Origin: a virus
DNA: 64,000 nucleotides
IMG/VR virus record: IMGVR_UViG_3300020187_000015
Span: 41,789-105,788 of that record
Direction: 5' to 3' (one strand)
Shown: piece after piece, positions 28,784-38,505 of the stretch
How the letters are laid out: each line of letters opens with the position of its first letter
How positions within the stretch are numbered: the first letter of the stretch is position 1
Made by a program: the position numbers and the translations under genes
The notes under the pieces: generated by a model
The model's database searches: none
What the model was told of the DNA's origin: nothing
The model's input: the letters and a program-made list of their open reading frames with translations, nothing else

Positions 28784-29131
28784 ATGATTAAAAATAGCAC
28801 AGTAGTTAAAAATAAAGAGGAGTTCGAAGATATGAAGCTTATGATGGCAGAAGATTGCCAAATAAATAACAAAGAAGTATTCTTCTCTGAGGATGTCCCA
28901 GAAGATTTTCCATGTTTAGTTAAAATTGTTGAAATGGAGGATGTTGGCCTTGAATTTAATTTCGATGAAAACGAGGATGAGCCAGAAGATATTTTTAATT
29001 CAACTGTTCCTTTCTCATCAAATTTCGATTCTTCTATTGAAGAAGATGATATCACCCAAGAGGCTTTTGGCATTTTTTATGACTTTTGGTTCCTTAGCAA
29101 AAAAGAAGTGCAGAAACTATTAGAAAGTTAA
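28784..29131 (+). CDS. Small highly acidic protein
   Basis: 115 aa with about 31 D/E versus 9 K. Confidence 0.7.
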   Translation: MIKNSTVVKNKEEFEDMKLMMAEDCQINNKEVFFSEDVPEDFPCLVKIVEMEDVGLEFNFDENEDEPEDIFNSTVPFSSNFDSSIEEDDITQEAFGIFYDFWFLSKKEVQKLLES

Positions 29132-29132
29132 T

Positions 29133-29834
29133 ATGATTGATTGGAAAAAACACTTAGAAGATAATCCAGAGTTTTTGGTTCTGAATAAACAGATGGCCAA
29201 GAGTTATGGTAAAATAGACAGCGAAAAAATTTCCAAGAAAAAGGAAAAGGAAGTTTTAGAGTCTGTTGACGAAAAGTTTAAAATTATTCTGCTACAATTC
29301 TTCAAAGACATTTTGCACGAAGAAGGTTTCGAGTCAATTGACTATGAACCCATTGGTCAATCTCATGAATCCTACACTGGACTATGCTGTAAGATTAAGT
29401 GGGCAAATGGAAAAGTTACTAGCGGAATTGGTGATGCTCACTATTGCAATACAAATTCTTTTGCAAAATATTACTTAGGTCCTATTGCAGAAAATCGTTC
29501 TTTTGTCAGAGCCGTAAAAGCATATTTTAATATCTCGATGCTTGGAGCTGATGAAATTGGGGAAATTCCAAAAGAGAATGATACATCGACTCTTTCTATT
29601 GGCGCTCCTACTGGCCCGATCTTCACCCTGAGAAAGGCCTCCAAGGACAAGCTGTCCATTACATCCTTCGATGAATTCAAGCAGTTTCTTAGGGATAGAG
29701 TTAAGTCTCATCCAAAAGAAGCCTGGATTAAGCCAAGCGAATATGACGAATGGGCTGAGTATGGAGATTGGGAAAGTGTAAAGAAAGTGAAAGCAACTGA
29801 GCTTATTTCTAAAATTAAAAGACTAAATCAATAA
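29133..29834 (+). CDS. Putative ssDNA-annealing protein (Rad52/Sak-like)
   Basis: SGIGDA...IAENRSFVRAV...ADEI resembles the annealase core. Confidence 0.5.
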   Translation: MIDWKKHLEDNPEFLVLNKQMAKSYGKIDSEKISKKKEKEVLESVDEKFKIILLQFFKDILHEEGFESIDYEPIGQSHESYTGLCCKIKWANGKVTSGIGDAHYCNTNSFAKYYLGPIAENRSFVRAVKAYFNISMLGADEIGEIPKENDTSTLSIGAPTGPIFTLRKASKDKLSITSFDEFKQFLRDRVKSHPKEAWIKPSEYDEWAEYGDWESVKKVKATELISKIKRLNQ

Positions 29835-29837
29835 AAT

Positions 29838-30179
29838 ATGAATACTATTTGTAATTTCCCCCTAATTGTCTACTTGTCCGTATCAGGATGCCTAGTTCTT
29901 ACTGTTTGGTTTTTAAGCGACTTTAAAATCCATTTTATTAATACTTTATTTAAAACAGATCTGGATAGCTCAAACATCAATGAGTTTATAGCAATGAAGT
30001 TTGATTTTAAGATCCTTAAGACGGATTTCAGTGTTGCCTCATTACTAATGTGTCCCATCTGCATAGGCTTCTGGATATCAGTAGTACTCACCCTTATAGG
30101 AGGAAGTGTAATGTACTTGCCCTATATCTACTTCTTGCAAATATTGTTATTTGCAACACTTAAAAAGTTGATGCAATAA
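29838..30179 (+). CDS. Membrane protein with CxxC motif (DUF1360-like)
   Basis: Hydrophobic segments and LLMCPICIGFW. Confidence 0.65.
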   Translation: MNTICNFPLIVYLSVSGCLVLTVWFLSDFKIHFINTLFKTDLDSSNINEFIAMKFDFKILKTDFSVASLLMCPICIGFWISVVLTLIGGSVMYLPYIYFLQILLFATLKKLMQ

Positions 30180-30203
30180 TTTTAAAAAAATATAAAAATA
30201 ACC

Positions 30204-30240
30204 AAAAGATAGCAAGCTAAATACTTGCTATCTTTTTTTT
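30204..30240. terminator. Likely bidirectional terminator at the convergence of the two gene arms
   Basis: AAAAGATAGCAAG-CTAAATA-CTTGCTATCTTTT flanked by A and T tracts. Confidence 0.7.
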
Positions 30241-30579
30241 GTATTGGCTTATCAATCCGTTAAGCTTGCACTGTGAGCAGCCTTTACCCAAATTATTTTT
30301 ATCGTTAAGATATGATATTTTTAAATCTTTGTACTTATTAGGAAGTTTTCCTTTTTTTATTCCAAAGAATATATCTTCTAAATTCGCTGGAGCTTTCTCA
30401 ACTTCAATCTTCCGCACGGGTTTTATCGACCAGTTCACTAGCCTTCCTATGGCACTTTTATCCTCAAATGCATTTATTGGACACCTCATACCCACACAAA
30501 CCTTAGCCCACTTAATGCAAACTTTATTAGCTTTTAACGGGCAGGTATTACAAATAGCTTCTTTTTCTTCGCAAATCAT
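30217..30579 (-). CDS. Small Cys-rich protein
   Basis: CNTC...C...C...CP and CSQC; ATGA overlap with the upstream gene. Confidence 0.65.
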   Translation of the reverse strand: MICEEKEAICNTCPLKANKVCIKWAKVCVGMRCPINAFEDKSAIGRLVNWSIKPVRKIEVEKAPANLEDIFFGIKKGKLPNKYKDLKISYLNDKNNLGKGCSQCKLNGLISQYKKKIASI

Positions 30580-32903
30580 TGTATTACTATTACTGAATTT
30601 GGTATTGGGGGCTGTGCTTCTGGGCAATCATCCACACATTTTCCATCTACACATATCTGTCCATCTGGACACGGTCCGTCACAGTTACGAGGATCGTCAG
30701 GATCGTCAGGATCGTCAGGAGGTTCGACTGGCGGTGGCTTGTCTGGACCATCTGGACCATCTGGACCATCTGGACCATCTGGACCATCTGGATCACTTGT
30801 ATTGCATTTTCCATCTACGCACTGGCTTCCTGCAGGGCAGAGCGAAGGATCATCACCACAGTCTATGTCAAGAGATCCCCTACATTTTCCGTCGTTATCG
30901 CAACTCTGACCTTCTGGGCATTCGGAATTGTTACTACATGGTTGCGTTAAAGTTGCAACGCACTTATTATTTCTACAGTCCTGACCTGAATTGCAGTCTT
31001 CGTAAGTCTCACAGTAACCTTCTACATCAGGTGGGTTCTGGTCAAATATAGCATCAGGCGTCTCGAATGTTGCTATGATGCCAGGACCACTTATGTATAC
31101 GTCGGTTGCATCATCATACAAACTAGTTGTATACACATTAGTCACGACTATCTTCTGTTGAATTTGAATAGGGTATTTAGTTCCATTAGGACTCACTCCG
31201 TTTACATCTACAATTCTAGTATCATAGGGTACGCTAGACCAAGGTATAGTTGTGTCAGAGGGCGTAGTACTAATAAAATTTTCATTTGAAGTTCTTCCAT
31301 CTACATAAGTATCTTTTTCAGATACAGTGATTTGATCAGTCTGAGTGGTTCGACTAATTTCAATATCTTCACCCCTTTCCTCTGTGGTTACAAAACTCGG
31401 TGAACTAGCAGTACTAGTTTCTATAACCTTTACAAAATAGTATTGAATCTTCTCTATAAAACCATTTGTCCCATAGCTAGAGCCTGCGTCAGAATTTACA
31501 TTTTGCCCTCTTTTAACGTCAGTCGAGCGACTCCCATCTTCATTAAAAGTTATTGTCTTTAAAACCCCATTTTTTGGAAAACCTTTATAGTTGTCAAATG
31601 AAGACTGAAGAATTGCGGTTTTCATAATAGTCCTTAAACGGGCGCTCCTATAAGGAGTATCGAAAATACCCTGGTCGTATATTAAGTCATCTGGAGGATT
31701 ATAATTAGTACCCTCAAGCTGTACATATGCCCTCGTAAATGATCCATCTCCATTTCTTGGTTCTCCATCGTCGGAGTTATTATCAATTGTACAGGGTCCT
31801 TTATTGCCTATCTGTTTTCCGTACTCACTATACTCATATCCGTTAAAATTTGTACAACCCTCATCAACGTCAACGGTTCTGTATCGCCTAAACACAATAG
31901 TCTGATCTGTAAAATTCTTATAAAAAACTTCACTTGCAACCTGTCCTATTTGATCCCAACCATATTTAACCTTGTTAAGCTCTACCCTTACCTTTTGAAC
32001 CATCATGTATACCTGTCCAATACTAGGAGGATCAGGATCATCTGTTTCCACGCACTCCCCATTTATGCATTCAAAACCAGTGGGACATGGTCTGTCATCA
32101 CCACAATCACGACCATCAGGATCATCTGGATCATCTGGATCATCCTCACACTTTTTATCTACACATCTTTGCCCTTCTGGGCATGGGCATTCGGTAGCTA
32201 TTTGGCATTCCCCATCTACGCACCTAAAATCATTTTCGTCATCCGTACAGCAATCGTCATTAGTTTCACAGCCTTGGGTACACTCCCCTTCTCCATTTGT
32301 ATAAGCGTCATTTTGCCATATAGGGGCAGATGAATCACAAAAACTATTGCAATCGCATTCTACATCGTTGTCGCATTGAGCAGGTAGTGGACATTCGCAA
32401 TAAACGGTGCAACCTCTATAATCTATATGCGGAAGAAGAGCGCAATCACAACACTGATCATAAGTATAAAAATCATACCCAGCGTTAAGAATTTCTACAG
32501 TTCCTTTAAATTGGATTGTTACCTCTACTGGTAGAAAATTTGAACTACCTTCAGTATCTCTGACCAACAAAATTTTATTTTCATAATAACCTAGAGGCTC
32601 ATCAAATTCATTTTGTACAGTAGGCTCCTTTGGAAGTTTAAAGCTGGTTATTACTTCATCTTCTTCTATGTCGTAAAATTCAATTCCACTTCTAGCAAAT
32701 AATTGAAAAGTTCCCTGAAGTCCATTGTTGGCAACACTATCAAGCGTATTGAAAGTGAAAGACATGGTGTCTCCAACAGAAACGCTCACTTTAACCGTTC
32801 TAGATTTTTCCTCTCTGCCATCTCTGTCACCACCTGAGTTAGTGGACTGCCCAAGGATTATTGGGTTTCCATAAATTTTAAAGTATACGTCTTCGTCGCC
32901 CAT
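30576..32903 (-). CDS. Cys-rich repeat protein, putative tail appendage
   Basis: Many CxxxxxCPxGxxCxDGKC repeats with DDP/GPD linkers; end of the structural operon. Confidence 0.7.
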   Translation of the reverse strand: MGDEDVYFKIYGNPIILGQSTNSGGDRDGREEKSRTVKVSVSVGDTMSFTFNTLDSVANNGLQGTFQLFARSGIEFYDIEEDEVITSFKLPKEPTVQNEFDEPLGYYENKILLVRDTEGSSNFLPVEVTIQFKGTVEILNAGYDFYTYDQCCDCALLPHIDYRGCTVYCECPLPAQCDNDVECDCNSFCDSSAPIWQNDAYTNGEGECTQGCETNDDCCTDDENDFRCVDGECQIATECPCPEGQRCVDKKCEDDPDDPDDPDGRDCGDDRPCPTGFECINGECVETDDPDPPSIGQVYMMVQKVRVELNKVKYGWDQIGQVASEVFYKNFTDQTIVFRRYRTVDVDEGCTNFNGYEYSEYGKQIGNKGPCTIDNNSDDGEPRNGDGSFTRAYVQLEGTNYNPPDDLIYDQGIFDTPYRSARLRTIMKTAILQSSFDNYKGFPKNGVLKTITFNEDGSRSTDVKRGQNVNSDAGSSYGTNGFIEKIQYYFVKVIETSTASSPSFVTTEERGEDIEISRTTQTDQITVSEKDTYVDGRTSNENFISTTPSDTTIPWSSVPYDTRIVDVNGVSPNGTKYPIQIQQKIVVTNVYTTSLYDDATDVYISGPGIIATFETPDAIFDQNPPDVEGYCETYEDCNSGQDCRNNKCVATLTQPCSNNSECPEGQSCDNDGKCRGSLDIDCGDDPSLCPAGSQCVDGKCNTSDPDGPDGPDGPDGPDGPDKPPPVEPPDDPDDPDDPRNCDGPCPDGQICVDGKCVDDCPEAQPPIPNSVIVIQ
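30691..30792. repeat. 9-bp tandem repeats (GGATCGTCA x3; TCTGGACCA x5)
   Basis: Perfect tandem repeats encoding PDD and GPD linkers. Confidence 0.9.
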
Positions 32904-32911
32904 ATTGTATA

Positions 32912-33259
32912 CTAGGGGTCTACTCTAAAAGCTTGGCTGCAAAGGACCACTATGTTAGCCTCTAACCCATTATTGCATACTTTCAATGTTCTAAATTTCA
33001 TCTCTATATCCTTATCCGCCGCATCTGCAATAGCTTTTAAATCTTCTAGATTCATGTCTATATTAAACATCTTTGATCCATTGTCCGAACCTGCTTGAAT
33101 TCTAAACGTATTGAACTTCTTCTCGTCCTCCATATTAAGACTTGGTTTGTCGCTAGATGTTAATGGGGAAATCGAGTAGCTTAAATGTCCATCTTGGTTT
33201 TCTCCATCTACGTCGTATTCTATAAACGATGCTGCTAAACTTGTATTATTTATTGCCAT
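32912..33259 (-). CDS. Hypothetical structural-region protein
   Basis: 115-aa ORF within the operon. Confidence 0.6.
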   Translation of the reverse strand: MAINNTSLAASFIEYDVDGENQDGHLSYSISPLTSSDKPSLNMEDEKKFNTFRIQAGSDNGSKMFNIDMNLEDLKAIADAADKDIEMKFRTLKVCNNGLEANIVVLCSQAFRVDP

Positions 33260-33261
33260 AA

Positions 33262-36200
33262 TTATCCTATAAAAGTTAAAGATCCTGTGTTATCGTATGA
33301 TGCGTCTAAAGTACCGATGCCACTATATTTAATTATATTTAAATCTACAGAATCAGCAAAGTATTTTTTCTTTACCATTTGGATATTTAAGTCATCATCT
33401 CCAGTAAGAACAACATAACCCGAATAGCCAGTTAGATTAATAGAAGGTATATTAAAGAAGCCAGTGCATTTAGCAAATCCAGTATTGTTAATACCAGTAA
33501 GAATCTCATACTCTCCAGTAAAGGTCTTTATATAGTTTGGAATAGGGAAGCTATAACTCAAAGATTCTAAGTCAGCAGGATTAACAAAATCAGTATAAAA
33601 TCCAGTTCCAATAAAAGAGCTATTTAAGTTTCCAGTGAATGGAGTTATAGGAACATTTCCAGAAGATAGTAAAAATACCTCCTGTCCTGTTGGTACTACT
33701 GAATTTATAAACTGCGGCAGTCCAGTTTGAATTCCAGAGAAATTAAACTCTCCGCTTCCTGGGTATACTATTCCAGTAATGTTTCCAGATATTACTCCAA
33801 TTCCAATCTTGACTCCCGTTTTTTGTAAGTTTCTTTGAGTGAAGTTTAATATTCCAGTGTAATCAAACGATCCAGTTAATATCCCAGTTGCAAAGTTGAA
33901 TCCCTTTCTAACTCCCGAATATATAAAATTATCTGCATAAGAATCCTCAAACCCTCCTACTGGTTGGTCAAAGGTTATTGTCTGCAAATTCACTCCACTA
34001 AATGGAAGCATATTGAGAATGGCTTGGTCGAATTCGCCAGACTGCTGTCCAGCAAGGATCGTAATAGGGTCTATTCCAGTTCCACTTGCTATGGTTGGCA
34101 CATAGCCAGTGACTGTAGCATCTAGGTCTAGAATATTGCCACTGAAGTCTAAATTATCTATATACCATTTGGCAGGCCCAGTTTGGATTCCCGTATAACC
34201 TATAGCATATAAAGAACCAGTACTGTCATCCCCAGTAGCAAATGATATTCCAGTAGGAACGCCCGAAAATATATAGTTATCCGCATAAAGGTCATTATCC
34301 CCACCCAATGGGGGGCTATTGGATAATGCCCTTACTCCAGTTCCAGAAAAAGGAAACATATTTAAAAGGGTCTGGGCTAATTCGCCAGACTTCTCTCCAG
34401 CAAGTACCGTAATTTGGTCTATTCCAGTTCCAAGTCCAGTAGAGGGTATTATTCCGCTAGAAGCAAAGGGATCTATATAAATATCTCCTTCATTTAATGA
34501 ACTTATAAAGTATTTGGAAGTAGTATTTTCAATACCAGTAAAAGTTATAGAATAAATATTTCCACTAACTCCAGAATTGAAAGGAACGTATCCAGTAGCA
34601 AAGGTAGTTGGAATTGCAGTAGTTATTTTTCCAGACATTATACCTGAATATGGAAGATTTGATCCTTGGGTAGCAACCTCTATACCAGTTTCGATTAAAG
34701 TATAAAGTCCTCCACTTTGCCTGGTTGCATATTTTGCATCTTTACTCCAAGGACCATAAGCAGTACTTGTGGTAGTGCCAAGACCAAAACCTAATGCACC
34801 TCCGATTGGGTAAGTTAATCCAGGATCAGAAGTAAATCCAATTCTGCCACTTCCAAAATATACATTATACCCAATTTTATCACAATATGCTTTCATGATA
34901 CCGCTAATCTCTTCCATACTACTTTGATAATTAGATATTCCTAATCGCTCTATTAGTTCATAATTACCCAATGAATAACCGTCGATTTTTTCGTTGGTGG
35001 AGTCTACTCTTTTTCTTAAAAAGCCAACCACATTATTCATAAAAATTCCAGTAGGAATCTCAAAATTATTTATACTTTTCTCGCCATTAAAATTTCCAGT
35101 CATTTGAGTGAATATTTCGTTGGGTATGTTACTATTAGGAAAAAGACTTTCATCTTGAAGGGCATATAAAAATCCAGCATTTTCACCAGTTACTTCAATA
35201 GTACCGCCAACTCCAGACATTCCAGTACCCTCAAAGCTGACATTTTCAGCATATCCAGTCATATTAAACCCAGTTTGAAATACATTCAAGCCACTTGTAA
35301 CGCTAATGGTGTTTGGTAAAGCTATGGCGATCCTATTAGTTGTAGACCCAGTTGGATATTTGGTATCGGCAGATAGTAGATATCCACTAGCATCAGTCGG
35401 TGAAGAGTAATTTGTTAAAAATCTGCGAAATCCCTGCCCAGAGCTATCTAAGAACGTATTAAACTGGCGAGGGCCGAACTCAGGTGGATTCTTGCTGTTG
35501 TCGGTGTCCTGAAAATAGAAGTAATTAAACCCACTAGGTTCCAAATCTTCGGTGTCTGAAGTTATTAGAAAGTAGACATTAAACACACCATATTGGTCTG
35601 CGTTTATATTTCTATCGTTAAATCTCTCATTGAAATCAGTAGTTGAATTAACGCTTATGGTTTCTCTCTCTTTATAGATCATATCTGCAAGGTTATTCCC
35701 AGTATAAACAGTAATTCTGTAGCTTCTACTTTTTCGGCTTTTGTAAACTCCAGTTCCAGATAAAAAGTACTTAGGACTTACGCCAACTGTCATGTCTGAC
35801 GGATCGAGATCGAAAAAACCACTCAGCAATCTTCTATTGAGCCATACTGGGTTATGAATATATGAACCCCTGTCTGCATCGTTAGTAGAAAATGATAATA
35901 TAGGGGCCTTTTCGTTGGTGTGATCAGAATATAGAAGTATTCCACTGTTGCCACTAAAAATAAAGGGATTAAATCTTGTATAAACGCTGGAAACGGGGAT
36001 TCCGTAGGAATTTCCATTCAAAGAAATGCTATCGTCAATAAGCGCTCCAGTGTTTGTTAGATACCGACCAGTTACCCCACTTTCCCCATTGAAAATTATA
36101 TCTTTTACTGGTTCAGAAATTGAGCCTATGAGGCCAAGTCCAGTATATCCTATACCAGTAATTTCTTGAGGATGCACATATGCGCCAGTTCCTGAATAAT

Positions 36201-38499
36201 GAAACTGACCAGTAAAATCAACATATCCAGAAGAAATGTCTTGTGCTTGAACAGTAAAATTCTTGCTGAAAGTGTTGCCCAATCGAATAGATCTGAACAA
36301 ATAATCATAATTTCCTAGCATTGACAAATCAGTAGCAACATATCTGTCGTCCGTAACTTCATGAACAGTTTCATTAGTCATTCCACTCAAAAGTTTACCT
36401 TTTGCAATGTAATTATAAGTAAAATCTATTCCAGTAAATCCACTTGCTAATGCAGAAGCTTGCCCAGTAATTATTCCGCTACCCGTCAAAACTCCAGTAG
36501 TAAATTTAGATTCGATTCCAGTTATTCCAGTTCCACTAAATATAAATCCAGTTAAATTTGGATCTTCTGGCAATAACCCAGTTGCTAGTCCAGTAAGCTC
36601 TGTACTAACATACAAACTGTAATCGGGTATTGGAAACTTCATATCAATTCTATTGATTCCAGTAACATTAAAAGCCCCAGTTCCAGTCCCTATGAATGCC
36701 CCTGGAGTTCCAGAAACCTTAAATCCGCTAATAATATTCGTTCCAATTAAACCAATTTGGTCGGCAGGAATTCTCATTTCTCCATCAAAAATTCCACTAG
36801 AAAACCCGCTAAATATATTAGAATAATAAACATTAGAAGTTTGATTAGATCCAGCGCCAGTTACTCCAGTACCAAATGAGAGCAATCCAGTAAGATTTGG
36901 ATCTTCTGGCAATAAGCCAGTTGCTAGTCCAGTTAAAATTCTGTCAGATAGATCTATCGTCCAGCCATTATTAACAAAACCTCCTTGGGAATCTCTAGTG
37001 TCCATCGGAAAGGTTCCAATGAGGTCAAAAACCCCAGTTCCAGTCCCTATGAATGCCCCTGGAGTTCCAGAAACCTTAGATCCACTAATGGTAGTGGTTA
37101 TATCTAAGCCAGCCTGATCTCCTGGGTAATACGCAATCCCATCAAATGCGCCAGTTGCAAATCCGCTAAATCTACTGGCATATTCCTTATTTCTTGTTTG
37201 ATTTGATGTAGCGGTAAACGACTGAACGTCGAAGGAAAAGCAAAGAGAGTCATTTTTCGATGTTACTATCGGTTCTCCGTCAGTATTATTTCCACTAAGT
37301 ATTATTCCAGTCGTAAAGCTTGGAAATAGAGACTGTTGACCAGTAAATCTAATAGCGCCAGTTTCAGTGAAGTTATATCCTCCACTAACATTCCTTATGA
37401 ATCCAACATCTAATCCAGTTACAATCCCACTAGAGGACGTTAAAAATGGATACGACATTTCTCCAGTAGCAAATACTGTTTCTCCAGTATAAATCTGAGA
37501 TGGTATATTTCCAGTATAATTAATTTCAAGACCAGTGCTATAGCCAGAGAGTGTTAAATACCCGCCGCCCAAGCTGGACTCAATCATTCCAGTTAAATTG
37601 CCAGTGCCTATTATATTTCTAGAAATATCAAATCCTGGAATTGACCCAGTTATTTTACCAGTTTTAATATCATAGTCAGCGTAACCACCATAGCCACTAA
37701 TATTACCAAATGTAAAATGAAGTCCGAATGGATCATCTGTAAGATTTGGACCGTATCTTTCAGAAAATAAAACATTATAATTAAATATTCCAGTAGAATC
37801 CAAAAAGTCTGACCCCAATAAACTCAACAGGTACTCGTATTCCCTCGTAAAACTAATTAAGCCGCTTTTTGTAAAAGTTCCAAAGTCTGAAACAAAAGAT
37901 ATTGGTATCAGTACTCCAGTTCCAGTAGTGACATTTGAAATTTGATTAATTAAAAAGTCTCTACTAGATTGACCCTCTATTATTCCAGTATTTTGTCCAG
38001 TATTGAAATTGAAAAAGTTAGATAATTCTTCAAATTTTCCAGAAAATATATTAAATGATATTCCCTCACTAGAATTATTGCTAACCTTTAAACTTCCAGT
38101 TAAATTACTATTTTCGAATATTCCACTAATACTAATTACTGGCTCTACTCCCATTAAACTAAGTTCCGAAACTACTCCATTTTCAGTAAAGTTATTTATG
38201 TAGCCAGTGCCATTTTCATGGTAAGAATTTATAAGTACATTATTAACGAAATAATTATTATAATTCCCAATTTTATTCCCAGAAACGGAGAAAGTATCTT
38301 GATTCTTGTAAGAGTAGAAAAAGTTATTATCAGAATCATAAAGCTTTCCGCTTTCGCCACTAAAAACAATCCTATCTTCAATAGAGCCATCTCCAGTATT
38401 TATAAATGAAAACCCAAATGAAATATGATCGTCCCTTTGAGGCCGTATAAAGGCTTGATAAGAAAAGTTTCCTGACTGGGTTCCAATTGAGAATGACAT
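33262..38499 (-). CDS. Very large Thr-Gly/Ser-Gly-rich tail fibre or appendage protein
   Basis: 1745 aa, beta-rich, dense TG/SG dipeptides, internal ~110-120-aa duplications; tail region. Confidence 0.7.
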   Translation of the reverse strand: MSFSIGTQSGNFSYQAFIRPQRDDHISFGFSFINTGDGSIEDRIVFSGESGKLYDSDNNFFYSYKNQDTFSVSGNKIGNYNNYFVNNVLINSYHENGTGYINNFTENGVVSELSLMGVEPVISISGIFENSNLTGSLKVSNNSSEGISFNIFSGKFEELSNFFNFNTGQNTGIIEGQSSRDFLINQISNVTTGTGVLIPISFVSDFGTFTKSGLISFTREYEYLLSLLGSDFLDSTGIFNYNVLFSERYGPNLTDDPFGLHFTFGNISGYGGYADYDIKTGKITGSIPGFDISRNIIGTGNLTGMIESSLGGGYLTLSGYSTGLEINYTGNIPSQIYTGETVFATGEMSYPFLTSSSGIVTGLDVGFIRNVSGGYNFTETGAIRFTGQQSLFPSFTTGIILSGNNTDGEPIVTSKNDSLCFSFDVQSFTATSNQTRNKEYASRFSGFATGAFDGIAYYPGDQAGLDITTTISGSKVSGTPGAFIGTGTGVFDLIGTFPMDTRDSQGGFVNNGWTIDLSDRILTGLATGLLPEDPNLTGLLSFGTGVTGAGSNQTSNVYYSNIFSGFSSGIFDGEMRIPADQIGLIGTNIISGFKVSGTPGAFIGTGTGAFNVTGINRIDMKFPIPDYSLYVSTELTGLATGLLPEDPNLTGFIFSGTGITGIESKFTTGVLTGSGIITGQASALASGFTGIDFTYNYIAKGKLLSGMTNETVHEVTDDRYVATDLSMLGNYDYLFRSIRLGNTFSKNFTVQAQDISSGYVDFTGQFHYSGTGAYVHPQEITGIGYTGLGLIGSISEPVKDIIFNGESGVTGRYLTNTGALIDDSISLNGNSYGIPVSSVYTRFNPFIFSGNSGILLYSDHTNEKAPILSFSTNDADRGSYIHNPVWLNRRLLSGFFDLDPSDMTVGVSPKYFLSGTGVYKSRKSRSYRITVYTGNNLADMIYKERETISVNSTTDFNERFNDRNINADQYGVFNVYFLITSDTEDLEPSGFNYFYFQDTDNSKNPPEFGPRQFNTFLDSSGQGFRRFLTNYSSPTDASGYLLSADTKYPTGSTTNRIAIALPNTISVTSGLNVFQTGFNMTGYAENVSFEGTGMSGVGGTIEVTGENAGFLYALQDESLFPNSNIPNEIFTQMTGNFNGEKSINNFEIPTGIFMNNVVGFLRKRVDSTNEKIDGYSLGNYELIERLGISNYQSSMEEISGIMKAYCDKIGYNVYFGSGRIGFTSDPGLTYPIGGALGFGLGTTTSTAYGPWSKDAKYATRQSGGLYTLIETGIEVATQGSNLPYSGIMSGKITTAIPTTFATGYVPFNSGVSGNIYSITFTGIENTTSKYFISSLNEGDIYIDPFASSGIIPSTGLGTGIDQITVLAGEKSGELAQTLLNMFPFSGTGVRALSNSPPLGGDNDLYADNYIFSGVPTGISFATGDDSTGSLYAIGYTGIQTGPAKWYIDNLDFSGNILDLDATVTGYVPTIASGTGIDPITILAGQQSGEFDQAILNMLPFSGVNLQTITFDQPVGGFEDSYADNFIYSGVRKGFNFATGILTGSFDYTGILNFTQRNLQKTGVKIGIGVISGNITGIVYPGSGEFNFSGIQTGLPQFINSVVPTGQEVFLLSSGNVPITPFTGNLNSSFIGTGFYTDFVNPADLESLSYSFPIPNYIKTFTGEYEILTGINNTGFAKCTGFFNIPSINLTGYSGYVVLTGDDDLNIQMVKKKYFADSVDLNIIKYSGIGTLDASYDNTGSLTFIG

Positions 38500-38505
38500 G
38501 TCTTT

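Noticed and set aside
30239-31051. 270-aa plus-strand ORF with DHL/QDR repeats
   Set aside because: Antisense to two coherent minus-strand genes; its repeats are the reverse reading of the 9-bp VNTRs
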